Shown here in pieces: positions 27,157 to 40,110 of a DNA stretch of 64,000 nt; the first letter of the stretch is position 1, and the number at the start of each line of letters is the position of its first letter. The notes under the pieces are model-generated. The model was not told the origin of the DNA. It searched no databases and saw only the letters and a list, made by a program, of their open reading frames with translations. This DNA is from Callorhinchus milii (taxonomy: Eukaryota). The position numbers were made by a program, and so were the translations under genes. The stretch is taken from positions 37,636,001-37,700,000 of the forward strand of contig NW_024704743.1 of the NCBI RefSeq assembly GCF_018977255.1. The letters are read 5' to 3'.

Positions 27157-30100
27157 AGAAAGTGAATTCACAGTAGTCTGCCCAGAGGCCAGAGTGCTGC
27201 TGTGAATGTCGGGTAAGTACAGGTCAGGTTTGATGGTAATGCTCGCCACGCTCAAACAACCTACCAACACTTACTGTCAAGGCTCCCAAACGAATAAAGG
27301 CCACTTGATTAAAGTACCAGAGCGCGACCAAAATTACAACCTTGATGAAAGGTGTGATCAGACCAAGAGGACATAATTTGTAGGTGACAAATATATCATT
27401 GATCCATGAACAGTTTATTACAGCTCTGTTTTTGAAAATCAAAGACTATAAACATTGTCTTTTCCTCCTGATGACCCTTTTATTTAATTATCTGTTTCCA
27501 TAGTAATGCTTTCGGAACACACTGTTCTAACAGACAGTTACCTTTCACTGAACTTGAATGTGCTGCATCTGTCCACATCTTTTTTCTACTCCCAATGTAA
27601 TTTGGTGCACTAAGCTGATTGGCACAAAGCTTTGTGAAAACTATATTATTTCAAAAAACAATTAAGAACATAAAGTATGGGAATTAAAAAGACCATTTGG
27701 CTCATCGCAAGACTTCACATTCCACAGATATTGTGCAGGAAACTCAATCAAGATAAGAAAGGAGGAAGGAAATAGCAATTTTATAGGGCCTTCACGCATC
27801 TTAAAGCACTGCATAGCAACTACTGCCCGATGAATAATAATAATGATACAACTACCTAGTGAACAAAATATCAACATCCTGTAAAGCGAAGCTATTTTAG
27901 GAAGTTCAAACATACTCAGAAAAGTAACATCTATTCATATGTAATGTGGCAGTGTTATTGGTCTGGCTGATACCCATCACTAAAAATTCCTTATCCATCA
28001 CTGAAAGCACGTATAACTACCTCTGCAGAGTGATTTAAACTGTAATACATAACAATAATCCTTGCGTTTGATATACCATCTTTCATGGCAGATGATGTCT
28101 CGAAGGGCTTCACAGGATATACTGTATATTTTGTAAGTGAATGTATTTTGAAGGCTCCGATTTCCACCAGGAAATTCCTGTAATCAGCTATGAGGTGCAT
28201 GATCAATTACTCTTAGGAGGAGTATTGGCCAGGACAAAGGTAGGAAGTCCCATGTGTTTTTTGAATAGTATCATGGGATCTTTTGAAATCAATCAGGCGA
28301 AATCTTGGTTTAACCTTTAACTTGAAAGATAGCAACACTTTCCAAGTACTGCACTGAAATGTCAGCCTGTTCCATAAACTATACCGTTTTGACTCATAGA
28401 GGCAAGAATTCTACCAACTGAACCAAACTGACCCAGAATATTAATGGCAGTTGTGCTTTTTTTTGATAAATTGTTCACCTTCTGGCCCAAGTTTAACGTG
28501 CAGGAGAGATTTAGGGATCAAAATGCTATTATGTGTAGGGAAGGCCAGGATGTCTGCTTACAATGGGAAATTTCCATGATACGCATATATAAATACATAT
28601 GGTCCTTCCACTGGAAGGTTGGCATCTACAAGGATTGGATCAGCTTTCATGCTCCTCACAGCCAACTGAAAACCTTCTTTTGTTGTGTACAATTGGCTGT
28701 CGTGTTTCGCTCATAAAATATACAGTCAATTCACTTTACAGTATATTCTGTGAAGCGCTTTGAGACATCTCGAAGATGTACTAAGGTGCTATATCAAATG
28801 CAGGGATTATTATTATCATTTGTCAAGGTTCTTTAGCACAACTACCATTAATATTCTGGGTACACACAACTCATAGGAAGTGACCCAGATGTTGGCCATT
28901 TTAGAGCTTCATTTATAACATGGCTGATGAGACATTAGATACAGCTGGCGGCCCTGGAAATACATTTCCAGTCTCTTACCTCTTAATCTTAGTTGCTACG
29001 CATTTCAGTAAACCCTGTGATGCACTTTGAGATATTGTCATGACACGAAAGGCTCAATATCAACTGTAACAATTTTTTAAATGTATGAACTCTGTGCATT
29101 TTTAATAGCTTCTGCTACACTTACCTCCAGCCCTCTTTCATTCTTCACTTTACCTCTGAGACATTGAAATCCTGCACTGCTATCACATTGTGATTTCCTG
29201 CAGCCTCTCAATCGTCTAAGCACTCACTTTTTCATCCTGAATAGTGGTTAATTCCTTTAGGTTTTTATTAGGTAATCAAAAACAACATAAAATAACACCC
29301 AGTCCCACAATAGTTATATATTTCATCAATTTATTAGATAAATCCTTGATTATGTTATTCGTCACTTGTAAGATTATTGTATTTTAATGAGTTTTAATTG
29401 GAACAAATCACCTCTCTGATTAAATTTATTGCAAATTTCAAGTTACCAATAGGCAGTTCATTATTTGTGTCTGAGGAAAATAAATTAGCCACAGATGATG
29501 AATGTTAAATTCCTTTAAATAATAAACAAAAGAAAATTGATCATTGACTCTGCTTGTGTTCTGCTTGTGTTCTGAGAATTGCAAACGGCTGCTTGTGTTC
29601 TGAGAATTGCAAACAGCCATGAAGTGAGTTTGCAAGACAGTGCTGTATGCTGCCATGTTCACATACACTACAGTAACTACACTGATGAGGGCCAGATGCC
29701 CTATTTGAGAAACATTCACGAGCCGCATAAACAATATTTTGGTGTTTCCCTTCCAGAAACATAATTTAATATTTATGGGTTATGGAGGGAGCAGATGGGG
29801 CCAGATGAAATAGGGGGGTGGTGGGGGGGTGCTTTGAGACATCCTTCTGACTGAAAAGACACTACACAACTTATGATGATTATTATTATTATGATTATTA
29901 TTATTATCATTATTATCTCTTCTCTAGAAAACAGGCCTAAACTCAGGAAATCGGGAATGTAGTGTGGACTCTCTCCCTGGAGACTGGCACCAGGGTTAAC
30001 GTGCCTATTACCTGAACAAAAATGATCTAAAATTCAATTTAAAAAAAAGATTATATCAGGAGCAAATATTATTAAAATGTCAGGCATTGTTTTCAAAACT

Positions 30101-31089
30101 GTAATCTAATCTTGTGGTTGAGATAATGGTTATAAATTTCTCGAGCTTCACTGTCATACTTTACTTTATCATCGAACCCCTCAATTAGAATAGTGCCTTT
30201 GAATCATTTCCAGGTATCCATCATTCTAAGTTTAGATTAAAAGTAACCTGCATTCTGATTGTAGAGTGAACATTAAAATATAACAATGTAAAACTGGTTC
30301 ATTTATTGCAAAATACTGTATATTTGCAACTTTAATTGATTTTAATGATGATTTTCATGACATTTGCGATTTTTCATCTTGACTAATCTATCATGTTTCA
30401 CATCATTTGTGCTCAAAAGCTAACAATGATAAATTGCAAGCATCTGCCTTTATTGCAGTTGCCTCTGTCTGCACCACAAGTTTAGCAATTAAATTTTTTC
30501 CCAGAATTTATACAATTATATTTTAGCACTGCAGACTCACTAATAACAGATGTCTATCCACTTTAATCACACCCTCCGTGTTTCATAGTCTAGCACATCA
30601 TTGCAAACATTTACTTAATTTAAACTTCAACGCACTCACTAGGCCAGAAAGCAAGAAATGCACAATACCTTTTAGGAGAAGGACGAATCTCCCATTATCC
30701 GAGTCAACAATCCCCCAGATAAAATTGGTCATTCCCTTCATGGCTGTTTTGGGGACATTACTGTGTGCAAAGTGCCTGCCATTATTGCCTACACAATACA
30801 GTCATTATGTTTTACAGTAAATCCTGTGAAGCACTTTGAAATGTCCTCCTGATGTGATATGCAAGGATTATTATTAGTAGTAGTATTATTATAGCACTGT
30901 GAAAAGTAATTGCACCATGGCAATTCTGGGGCTGTTCTTGTTTCTGATTTTTATATTCAAGCCCTGCTCTCAGGATATGGTAAGCTGTGGCTAAACCTCT
31001 ATTGCAGTCAGAAATAAAGTAACAAATATTTTAAGAAGGAGGAGACTCAATGAGAAAATATTTTCAATGCAAAGTACTTCCCTCTTTTA

Positions 31090-31800
31090 TGCATAAATGG
31101 TGTTAGGAGGAGAGGAAGTTGGGAGGAGGGAAGCAGAGTGTGAGTGATGAAGGAAGAAAGGAATGAGAGTAAAAAGGGTTAAAGGTGAAAAGAGGGGTGA
31201 GCCGTGACTGGGAGGTTGATGTGGAGCGGAAATCAGTGACAGAAGCATGGAAATGTCAAGAGGCAGCTGAGTGAATCCACTCAGTTTTAGACCCAAGGAA
31301 GCCCATCAGCTCTTTGTATTTGGAATTGGAGGTGAGATGGGAAGATGGGTGGAGGCGGTGGGAAATAAGAACTGAAATTTTCCTTGGTCTCCAGAATGAT
31401 CCTGGAGTAAAAAGCAGATTTAGAAGAGGTGAGAGCACATCTGTTGACCTTTTATGGTCCAGCCAGATCTGGCGCTGCACCATGGAGATTTAAGCAATAT
31501 GCATCCGGCAGCATGGACCATGGACTGTAGTGAGCAGAAGTGGCTGTTGTAGCAGAGGGACTTGTGGGGGTGAGAAGAAGTTCGGGATGTGTTAGGAGCC
31601 AAGTTGTGAGGGTGGCAGTGAGGGAGAAGAAAGATAGAGGAAGTAAGGGTAGAGCAGGTGGACGTCCGGCAAGAAGGACAAGTGTTTAGAGAACTCAATG
31701 CAGTTGCGAGGGAGTGTTTTTCCAGAAGCAGAAATTGAAGGTGGACAGTTTGTTGGCAAGAATGAGGATGAGGGAGCTAAAAGAAATGAAGAATAACTGA
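31090..31800 (-). mobile_element. Degraded L2-like LINE fragment
   Basis: Purine-rich + strand with L2-like pyrimidine-rich coding remnants on the minus strand; heavily decayed. Confidence 0.5.
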
Positions 31801-32709
31801 TCCTTAAATACAAAGGATCTTGCCACGTATTTTCAGAACAAACAGGCGGTCGTTATTCAAACACAATTAATTGCAATAAATAACGTCAACCTGAAGGTTT
31901 GCACTGAGGCTCATTTGTAGACTGCAAATGGCTGGGGCAGATGTCAAAAGTAACTGAATTAATTTGAATAAAACCCCAGGAACAAGTGGAAAGGTGTGAT
32001 GGGTTTACACAACTTTCATCAACAGTATTTAGCATTTAAATTGAAACATATCTTAGGATGGATGTATCTTCACCCTCTGCATGCTTTGTTAATACAGTGC
32101 AAGTGGTGTAGCTGCTCAAACTTTTAGAGAAATGTCTTTCATTATTCATTGAATTCAGTAATTAGCCAGCAAGGTGATCAACTTCTACATGATGATTCAT
32201 GTTTAATATTCTACAGTCAACAACCTCAAAAAATCTTTGATTTTTTTGAATTCTTGTCTTTGAAGAAATCTTTTATTCAGTTTTAATTTACAGCAACAGC
32301 AACAACTTGCATTTAGGGTTTGTGTGCCCTTGTTAGGGCTTCTTCCCTCCTTTTTTCTCAATGTACATCTCCACAAAGTGACTGAAAAGCCCCCCCACTC
32401 CACCACCCCCATTAATTGAAGTCCTCCCCTACCCCAAAGTGACCAAAAACCCCATCTCTCACCCCCCACCCACCCCCACCCCAATAACTGAGGCAACTTT
32501 ATTTAGTCCCAGGGCGAGTGAGATTGGAAATCAAGACTCAGTTGGGAATTTGCAGGTCCTAAAGGTGGGAGACCACCTACTCACAGTCATTTTGCACAAT
32601 GATACTCCAGCACAGTTGCTAATAGGGGTCAAAGGTCACCAAGATGACATTGGTGTGCGTTCAAGAAAACAAAATTGAGGAGAATTGCAAAGATGATTTG
32701 AGGATTGAG

Positions 32710-33115
32710 TAGTCCTTGTAGCTCAGTGGTTAGAGCACTCGCCTCGCAAGCGAGAGACCTGGGTTCGATTCCCAACAGGGTGAAATGTTGGCAAGTTTCC
32801 TTACTCCACACGGCTCTGTTTACCTAGCAGTAAGTAGGAACCCGGTTGTTAGTCGATTGGCGGATCGCTTTTCCAACGGATAATAATTCCTTCAAAAAAA
32901 TAATAATAATAAATTGGTCATTCAATCCATGAATGTTTGTGGGACACTGTTGTGGGCATGTCCCACAAACAGTCTTGGATTGAATGACCAATTTGGCTGC
33001 TGCGCTTTGACCACAAAATATACAGTGAAATCACTTTAGAGTATATTCTGTGAAGCGCTTTGAGATGTCTCGAAGACGTGATAAGGCGCTATATCAAATA
33101 CAAAGATTATTATTA
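32710..33115 (+). mobile_element. SINE family A, full length, intact Pol III boxes, internal fold-back
   Basis: A box 32719-32729, B box GGTTCGATTCC 32762-32772, Ala(CGC)-like anticodon arm, (TAT)n tail. Confidence 0.93.
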
Positions 33116-33844
33116 TATAGGACAATATAATGAAGAGTTGAATGTATTGTTAAAAAAAATGAATAAAAAGAATACTGAGGGGTGACGTAATCTGAATCTT
33201 TACAATACTGAGAGACATAACTGATTTAATTTTTTAAGCCAGTTATTTAATTTTATGTGCTCACTAAATTAAGCCTAAGTGAGATAAGAGGATTTTCTTT
33301 CTTCCAACAGTACGTGGAACACGCTCTAAGCAAAAAACAATTAGTGCAGTGTTGACTTATGGTTTTAAAATAAGTGCTGGATCGATATCTTGCTAAGGTT
33401 GTAATTGAAGGTTACAAGGGTAATCACAGACTGGGGATTTAAAATATTGCAAAGAAAACAAGAAATCTAATGTAGCTGGGAATGTGGAATTCAATTGATC
33501 AGTGTTGAGTAATAGAGTTTGGAATGCTAAAACAATATTCTTTGGTTTGCTGTAGTTAGCTTAGTGTCGGGATGACTTCATGTTCTTGATAGCTTTAGTT
33601 TTGGTTATTTGCCTTCCTCAGAAGATTAAATAAGATGCGTTAGGATCCATGGGTGGTGGTGGGGGGGTGGGGGGGGGGAGGAAGTGGCAGAGGTGGGCAA
33701 TGTTGTGGAGGTGGGCGAAGGCAGAATGGGTCACACACTTTTTAGTCAGTCCACACCCCAGAAGTACATTGAGGCCAGTGGGGTTTGAAGGGCAGCTGAG
33801 GTTCGAACAGGACACTGAGGTTCAGTACTGGCTCTGTTCATAAA

Positions 33845-34228
33845 AATAATCTTCACATTTAGTATAGCCCCTTTCACATCAGGAGGATGTCTCGAAGAAC
33901 TTCATAGGATTTACTGTGAAGTGTAGTGTCTGTATTTTGTAGGTGAAACATGGCAGCCAATTTGCTCACAGCAATGTTCCATAAAAGGCTATGAAGTGAA
34001 TGACCAATTTTATCTTGGGGATTGTTGGCCAGAATACCATAGGGTCTTTTAACATGCACTTGGACAGGTAGACAGGGCCTTGGCTTAACATCTCAATTGA
34101 ACAGCAGCACCTCCAGAAACACAGCCCTTTATTTAATTGTCCGCCTATGGGAGTTCAAAGTGGGGCTTAAGCCCACCACCTTCTGACTCAAGAGGCAAGA
34201 GTGCTACCAACTAAGACAGGCTGACACA
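33845..34228 (-). mobile_element. SINE family B
   Basis: Reverse complement of the 10532-10978 type. Confidence 0.8.
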
Positions 34229-36429
34229 CAGAATGTTAAAGAACCCACATTACTCAAAGAGAAAAGAGAGCTTGTCCTAGCTAGCAAATCCTCCAGTCAA
34301 ATTGGTCATTCACTTCCTGGCTGGTTGTAGGACATTGTTGTGTAAAAATTGGTGCTTTGTTCTCCTGCAAATACATAATTAGCAGGAATTACTGTTAAGT
34401 ATTTTGAGACATCTCAATATAAGGTATTATATTGAATACCAGGATTATTATAGTACTATTGTTGTTCAGTCCAACATAATCCTGAATGACCTAAGTGAAC
34501 AAAGGTTTATTCTATGTTTGGGTGCTGGTGTCTAAGCGCTCCAAGATGTTACTCCGCATGAAGGGCAAGTTGTTGTTGTTGTCACCTAGGATTTATGAGT
34601 CAATATCAATGGCACGGAATACTTTGCCACACCACATAATTTTTAGTCGGTCCACACTCCAAAAGTATATTGAGGCTAGTGGGGAGGAAACAGTTTAGTT
34701 TACCCAATGCAGTAATAATAAGCTTATTCCCTCTTGAAGTAGTGAAGCATTGATGCAAAAATATTGAAACAGTGTTAATAAGATCAAAGGCATGTTAAGC
34801 GTATTTACATTATTGGAAGAAAAAGTTAAGCTTATGAACCACAGGAGCGCCTCATAAATGAGGTAGTAATAATAATAATAATCATGATCATCATCCTTCG
34901 ATTTGACATAGTGTCTTGCCCGTCTTGCAAAAGCTCTTTGCAGGGTACAGTGTCAAATTCATAGCAACATCCCACAAACATAAAGGATGTCTTATGATGG
35001 TCAAGGTTGGTACACACCCAATTGATCAATTAAATAATTGGTAAAGCATTACATTAATAATTAATTAACAATAGTACCCCTTTAGCACTGTGAGGGCAGT
35101 GTGGTAATATCTGTGAAGGGAAGTGGAGAATCATGATATATAATAATCTTTTAGCTGGTATTAACTTATCTTTATAAGAAAACGATAAGGAAAACCTCCT
35201 CCACATATAAACAACTGGATGTGGATTTAGATTGGAATGGAGGAGACTCATGTTTTCTCATTTTGCATGAAGATTTCTTTACTCAGCTCTCAAAGGTGTC
35301 ATTATACAGATTACAGAACAGCTCCAAGCTGAAAACCAAAGACACAACCTAAAGAGCTTGTTTGTAGTTTCTGCCACTTATCAAAAATACTTTCCTCAAA
35401 AGTGATGGATGATGCCTTCATTAAACCAAGTGGTTAATTGAGATTCACAGTAATGGTGGGAATGCTTACCAGCGCACAAACATCTGTTCTAAGACTTACA
35501 ATCATTGCTGTAGCGATTTCTTTCATCATTCTAAGAAGAATATCCTAAGGCATGCAAGCAAACAGAGTTTAGAATATTTGCAGCATCAACTAATATTCAT
35601 ATTGCAAAGTTAAACCTTTCTAGGTTATAAGATCCCACACCAGATCTGTGGAAGCTCAAATATATAAATATTGTATTTGTTTAATCCATAACTCATGTAA
35701 TGCATACAATATTTTTTATAAACTACTGTGCACTTTACTCCTTTGCATTATTTATATGGGATGTATTTGAAGCATTTTCAATGAATTTGGTGCTTATCAA
35801 TGAAGGATGTTAGTGCTGGAAGATGGACCACTTAATTTCTTTTGGCCACGCAGCTTCAACAGAATTCCCAGGGCAAGTAGCACAGATACAGAATAGATAC
35901 AGAATAAAGCTCCCTCTTACTCTTCCCCCAACAAAGGGGTCTATTGTATAAGATGCACAAACCATGTGTAGATATACGTATTGTGCACCATGTGTACAAG
36001 GAGAATTACAGGTGTCCACAGTTATGTAACTAACAGCCAATGAAAAGCAATGTTAACATTGTTGAGGGCATCTCTAGTTTCCTATTACCTGCAAAGCCAT
36101 ACGAAAATTTTCAACATACTGGATTCGACACAGTATAAAAATATCTTTCAAAAGATTTACAGTAAATAATGTCTTTTAAAAGGCTTTACAGTAAATATTG
36201 TCGACTGGAGTGACTGTTTTTGTCAGCAAATATAACAGCTATTTTGCTATTAAATAACAGCTATTTAATAATGCCGCACTCCAGTGTCATTAAAGACTAT
36301 GAGCTCATTCTCAAAATGTAGCTCGAAAAACACAACCTTCTAACCCAGAGGGGAAAGTACTACCAACTGAGCCAACCAGGTTTGCATATTGTTTCCCCAT
36401 TGTTCACAATGATGTGTAAACCTATTACG

Positions 36430-36847
36430 TATCAGCCTGGCTCATTTGGTCGTATTCTTGCCTCTGAGTCCGAAGATTGTGGGTTCAAGCCCTATGTTGG
36501 GGCTTGAACTCACATAGTCTATACTGATACTCAAGGACAATGCTGGGGGTGTGCTTCATTGTTGGACATGCTGTCGTTCGGATGAGAACATTAAATCATC
36601 CTGTTTGCCTGTTCAGCGGGACGCTAAAGATCACATAGCACTTGAAAAGAGTGTCCTGGCCAAAAATCCGCCCAATAAAATTTGTCACTTCTATCATGGT
36701 TGATTGTGGGACATTGCTGGACATAGGCTGCCACGTTTGCCTACAAATACACAGTCACTTCACTTTACAGTAAAATCCTGTGAAGAGCTTTGAGACATCC
36801 TCCCAATGTAAAAGGCACTATACAAAATGCAAGGATTATTATTTATT
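36430..36847 (+). mobile_element. SINE family B, full length
   Basis: Head tcagcctggctcatttggt...gggttcaagccc, core and tail. Confidence 0.85.
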
Positions 36848-36848
36848 A

Positions 36849-37080
36849 CAGTAAAACTCACATAAAACAACGACGGGTCAGGACACATTGAATTGCGGGA
36901 AATGTAGTCTTGACCCATCACCGCATGAGCACTTACCAATTACATTGAATTATGGGTGTGCAGTGTAGACTATTGATTAAAAAATTTTTTGTTATGATTT
37001 ATATAAGTTTGCCTGCATCTCAGACTTTGTGTAAGTCATTTTAATGTTGTGGTCCCAACTGATACAGTTTATGTGAGTTT
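36849..37080. mobile_element. Tigger-like MITE, right TIR cut by the adjacent SINE (37081-37390, -)
   Basis: TA|CAGTAAAACTCACATAAA ... TTTATGTGAGTTT; related to 56869-57041 (shared tggtcccaa.tgata). Confidence 0.7.
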
Positions 37081-39057
37081 AATAATAATAATAATCCTTG
37101 TATTTGATATAGGGCTTTTCACATCTTCTAGACATCAAAGTGCATGACAAAATATACTGTGAAGTGAATTGACTGTATATTTTTGGGTGAAACGTGGCAA
37201 CCAATTGCGCATAGCAATTTCCCACAAACAGTCGTGGATTGAAGTGACAAATTTTATTTTATTTTTTTTTCTTGAGGGATTATTATCAGGCGTGTGGAGT
37301 AAGGAAACTTGCCCAAGGTTTGCCTACCGGGAATCAAATCCAGGTCTCTCGTTTGCGAGGCGAGTGCTCTAACCACTGAGCTACAGGTTCATTATTATTA
37401 AGACTACCAAGTATCCTGATAGACTCCAGGGTAACAATGGGATTTGTTACCAGTGACTCAGAGTCACTAACATAATCCTGGTAGGCACAGCCGACTCACG
37501 GGATTCCCGCTCCGAAGCAGTGGAAGCAGAGCTTCCTCGAGTCATCAGTGACATGCTGGTATTACCCAGCAAAATCACATTATAGTGCTTCTTCAGCAAC
37601 TCTGAGTTGCAGTTAGCAAAAGTCAGTGGAAATGTTTTGATCTGAAAAATACAATTTTTCTTATTAAGAAAAATTAAAAACCAATAAGAATTATCATTTA
37701 GTCTTTTTAGCCCCAGAAAAAAAGTGTAACATATAAAACTGCAACTGGTCATACAACATCCTTTGCAACTCTATGGGGAAAGAGCGGGGGAATGGGACTA
37801 ATTGGATTGCTCTTTCAAAGAGCCGGCACAGGCACACACGATGGGCAGAATAGCCTCCTTCTGTGCTGTAAGATCCTATGATTCTATGAGTTGCAACTCA
37901 GCAAGAAGATTTTTAGTGGCGAACTGACCATCGATTTTCCTGGGCGTGTGACCTTCAGACGGTCAATGAGAATAAGGTAAGGTGCAGCAACATGAGTACA
38001 ATTTCAAGATGTTAAAGTAACCTCATAACATTATATCAGTCAGAGACAATTTTGACTGAAATTAATCAGGGCCAAAGATATCTACTTGTTACTTCTGTGC
38101 TTCTGCAATGGCCATCATTCCATTGTGTACAGCAGTGGTGCCAACCTTTTTAGTTGGCCAACAAAATAAATGGTGGTTGGGAGGGAGGGGGCATCATTCC
38201 CTGGAATGACCATCTTTAGAACAAAAGGCAGGATATTGATCACTTCTCTGCTTCTATCAATCAGTCAATCTCTTGTGTGTTTGATTCAAGTGGGGCTGAC
38301 TTTCTAACCACTCTATTGTCTATCTATTGCAGCAGCAGCAGCATCAACAACAACAACTTGCATTTATATAGTGCCCTTCACGCCAGACAGTGTCTCGGAG
38401 GGCTTAGCGCAATAAGCTGTTTCCTAAATGAAGGGTGAACACTGGACTCATTGAGTAAGAACTTGATGCTATAATGGCAGGAGAGTAGGGTGATTATTCT
38501 AACGTGATGAGATCAAATAGGCAAAGGTCCTTCTTCATCGAAGCCTCTCTTGTGAAGGGTATAACTTTTATTACCACTTCAATGCATGACAGGCTATGAA
38601 TCTTCCACAGCTGCTTAGATAGAACCAATTGCTGTGTCCCTGTTGAGCCACGTAGGTGGTGCTGTCGAGCACATGCCAAAGTATTTTGACAACCTGTAGA
38701 TGAGAACAGAAGATAAGAATTTGCTAGGCGAAAGAAGACCAACGTTCATCCAGTTTACCTTCGCCCATCCTGGCAGTCGCATGCACATGTCATGTACCAA
38801 GGATAACTTTGAAATTGTGGGATGTAGTTGAAGCAAAAAGCATCAATGGATTAAAGAGGAAACGTGATCCATATCTGAGGAAGAGGGGTTAAATGGCCTA
38901 ATCAAGTAAAATGGCCCATTTCTGTGTTGTATCAGTCTGTATAACAAGACAAGAAAATTCACACTGACAAAACAGATACCGTAAGCGCTCCAAGACATAA
39001 CCTGATGTGAAGGGCGCTATATAAATGCAAGTTGTTGTAATATGGTCGAGCATGGAA

Positions 39058-39421
39058 ATAATAATAATCATTGCATTTGGTATAGTGCTTTTCATGTCTT
39101 CTAGATATCTCAAAATGCTTCATAGAATATACTGTAAAGTGAATTGACTGTATATTTGTGGGCGAAACGCGGCAGCCAATTGCACACAGCAGTGTCCCAC
39201 TCAGTCGTGGATTGAGTAACCAAATTATTATTGTTTTTTTGGAAGGATTATTATCCCCAGAAAAGCGAACCGCCAATTGACTAACAATTGGGTTCCTACT
39301 TACTGCTAGGTAAACAGAGGCGTGTGGAGTAAGGAAACTTGCCCAACATTTCGCCCTGCTGGAATAGAACCCAGGTCTTGTTTGCAAGGCAAGTACTCTA
39401 ACCACTGAGTTACAGGACTCC
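39058..39421 (-). mobile_element. SINE family A, full length
   Basis: Reverse complement of the consensus. Confidence 0.9.
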
Positions 39422-39519
39422 ATAGAAATCACTCATAAACCACCAAAAATAAATAATCCAAGGGTACTTAAGAATAAAGCCAATGAGTCCAAGTTGAAAT
39501 GGATGAAATGGATTTGTAG

Positions 39520-40110
39520 GTCAGTGTGGCTCAATGGTAGCACTCTTGCCTCTGAATCAGAAGGATGTGGGTTCAAATCGCACAATGGGACTTGAACTCA
39601 CATAGTCTAAGATGACTCCAATGCAATGCGGGGGATGTGTTGCATTGTCTGAGGTGCTCTCTTTCGGTTGAGATATTAAACTAAGGTCCAGTCTATCTGT
39701 TCAGGTGGATGTTAAAAATCCCATGGCACTATTCAAAAAGAGAAGGGAGTTTTCCTGGTGTACTGGTCAACAATCTCCCAAATAAAAAAAAGTCATTTGT
39801 TTCTTGACTGTTTGTGGAACATTGCTATGTGCAATTGTGCTGCCTCTTTTGCCTACAAATACACAGACACTCAAATTCACGGTAAATCCTGTGAAGTGCT
39901 TTGAGACGTCCTTCAGATGTACATAAGAACATAAGAATTTGCTAGGCGAAAGAAGACCAAGGTCCATCTAGTTCGCCTTCCACCATCCAGGCAGTCACCT
40001 GACATGTCGTATCCTAACCTATATACTGTATCCCGAGATATTATTTCTAGCAGGAATAAGAATGTAGCCCGTAATAAGGCATTAAACCAAATGCAAGGAT
40101 TATCATTATG
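39520..40110 (+). mobile_element. SINE family B interrupted near its tail by an antisense CR1-type 3' end (from about 39921)
   Basis: SINE breaks at ..tcagatgt and resumes at aaggcattaaaccaaatgcaagg (about 40075). The insert begins acataagaacataagaa, and a sister copy lies at about 38700-38795. Confidence 0.75.

Noticed and set aside
32710..32782. Bona fide tRNA-Ala genes (also 10070-10140 and 39350-39421)
   Set aside because: Each runs directly into a SINE body and tail with no terminator after the cloverleaf; the acceptor stems are imperfect
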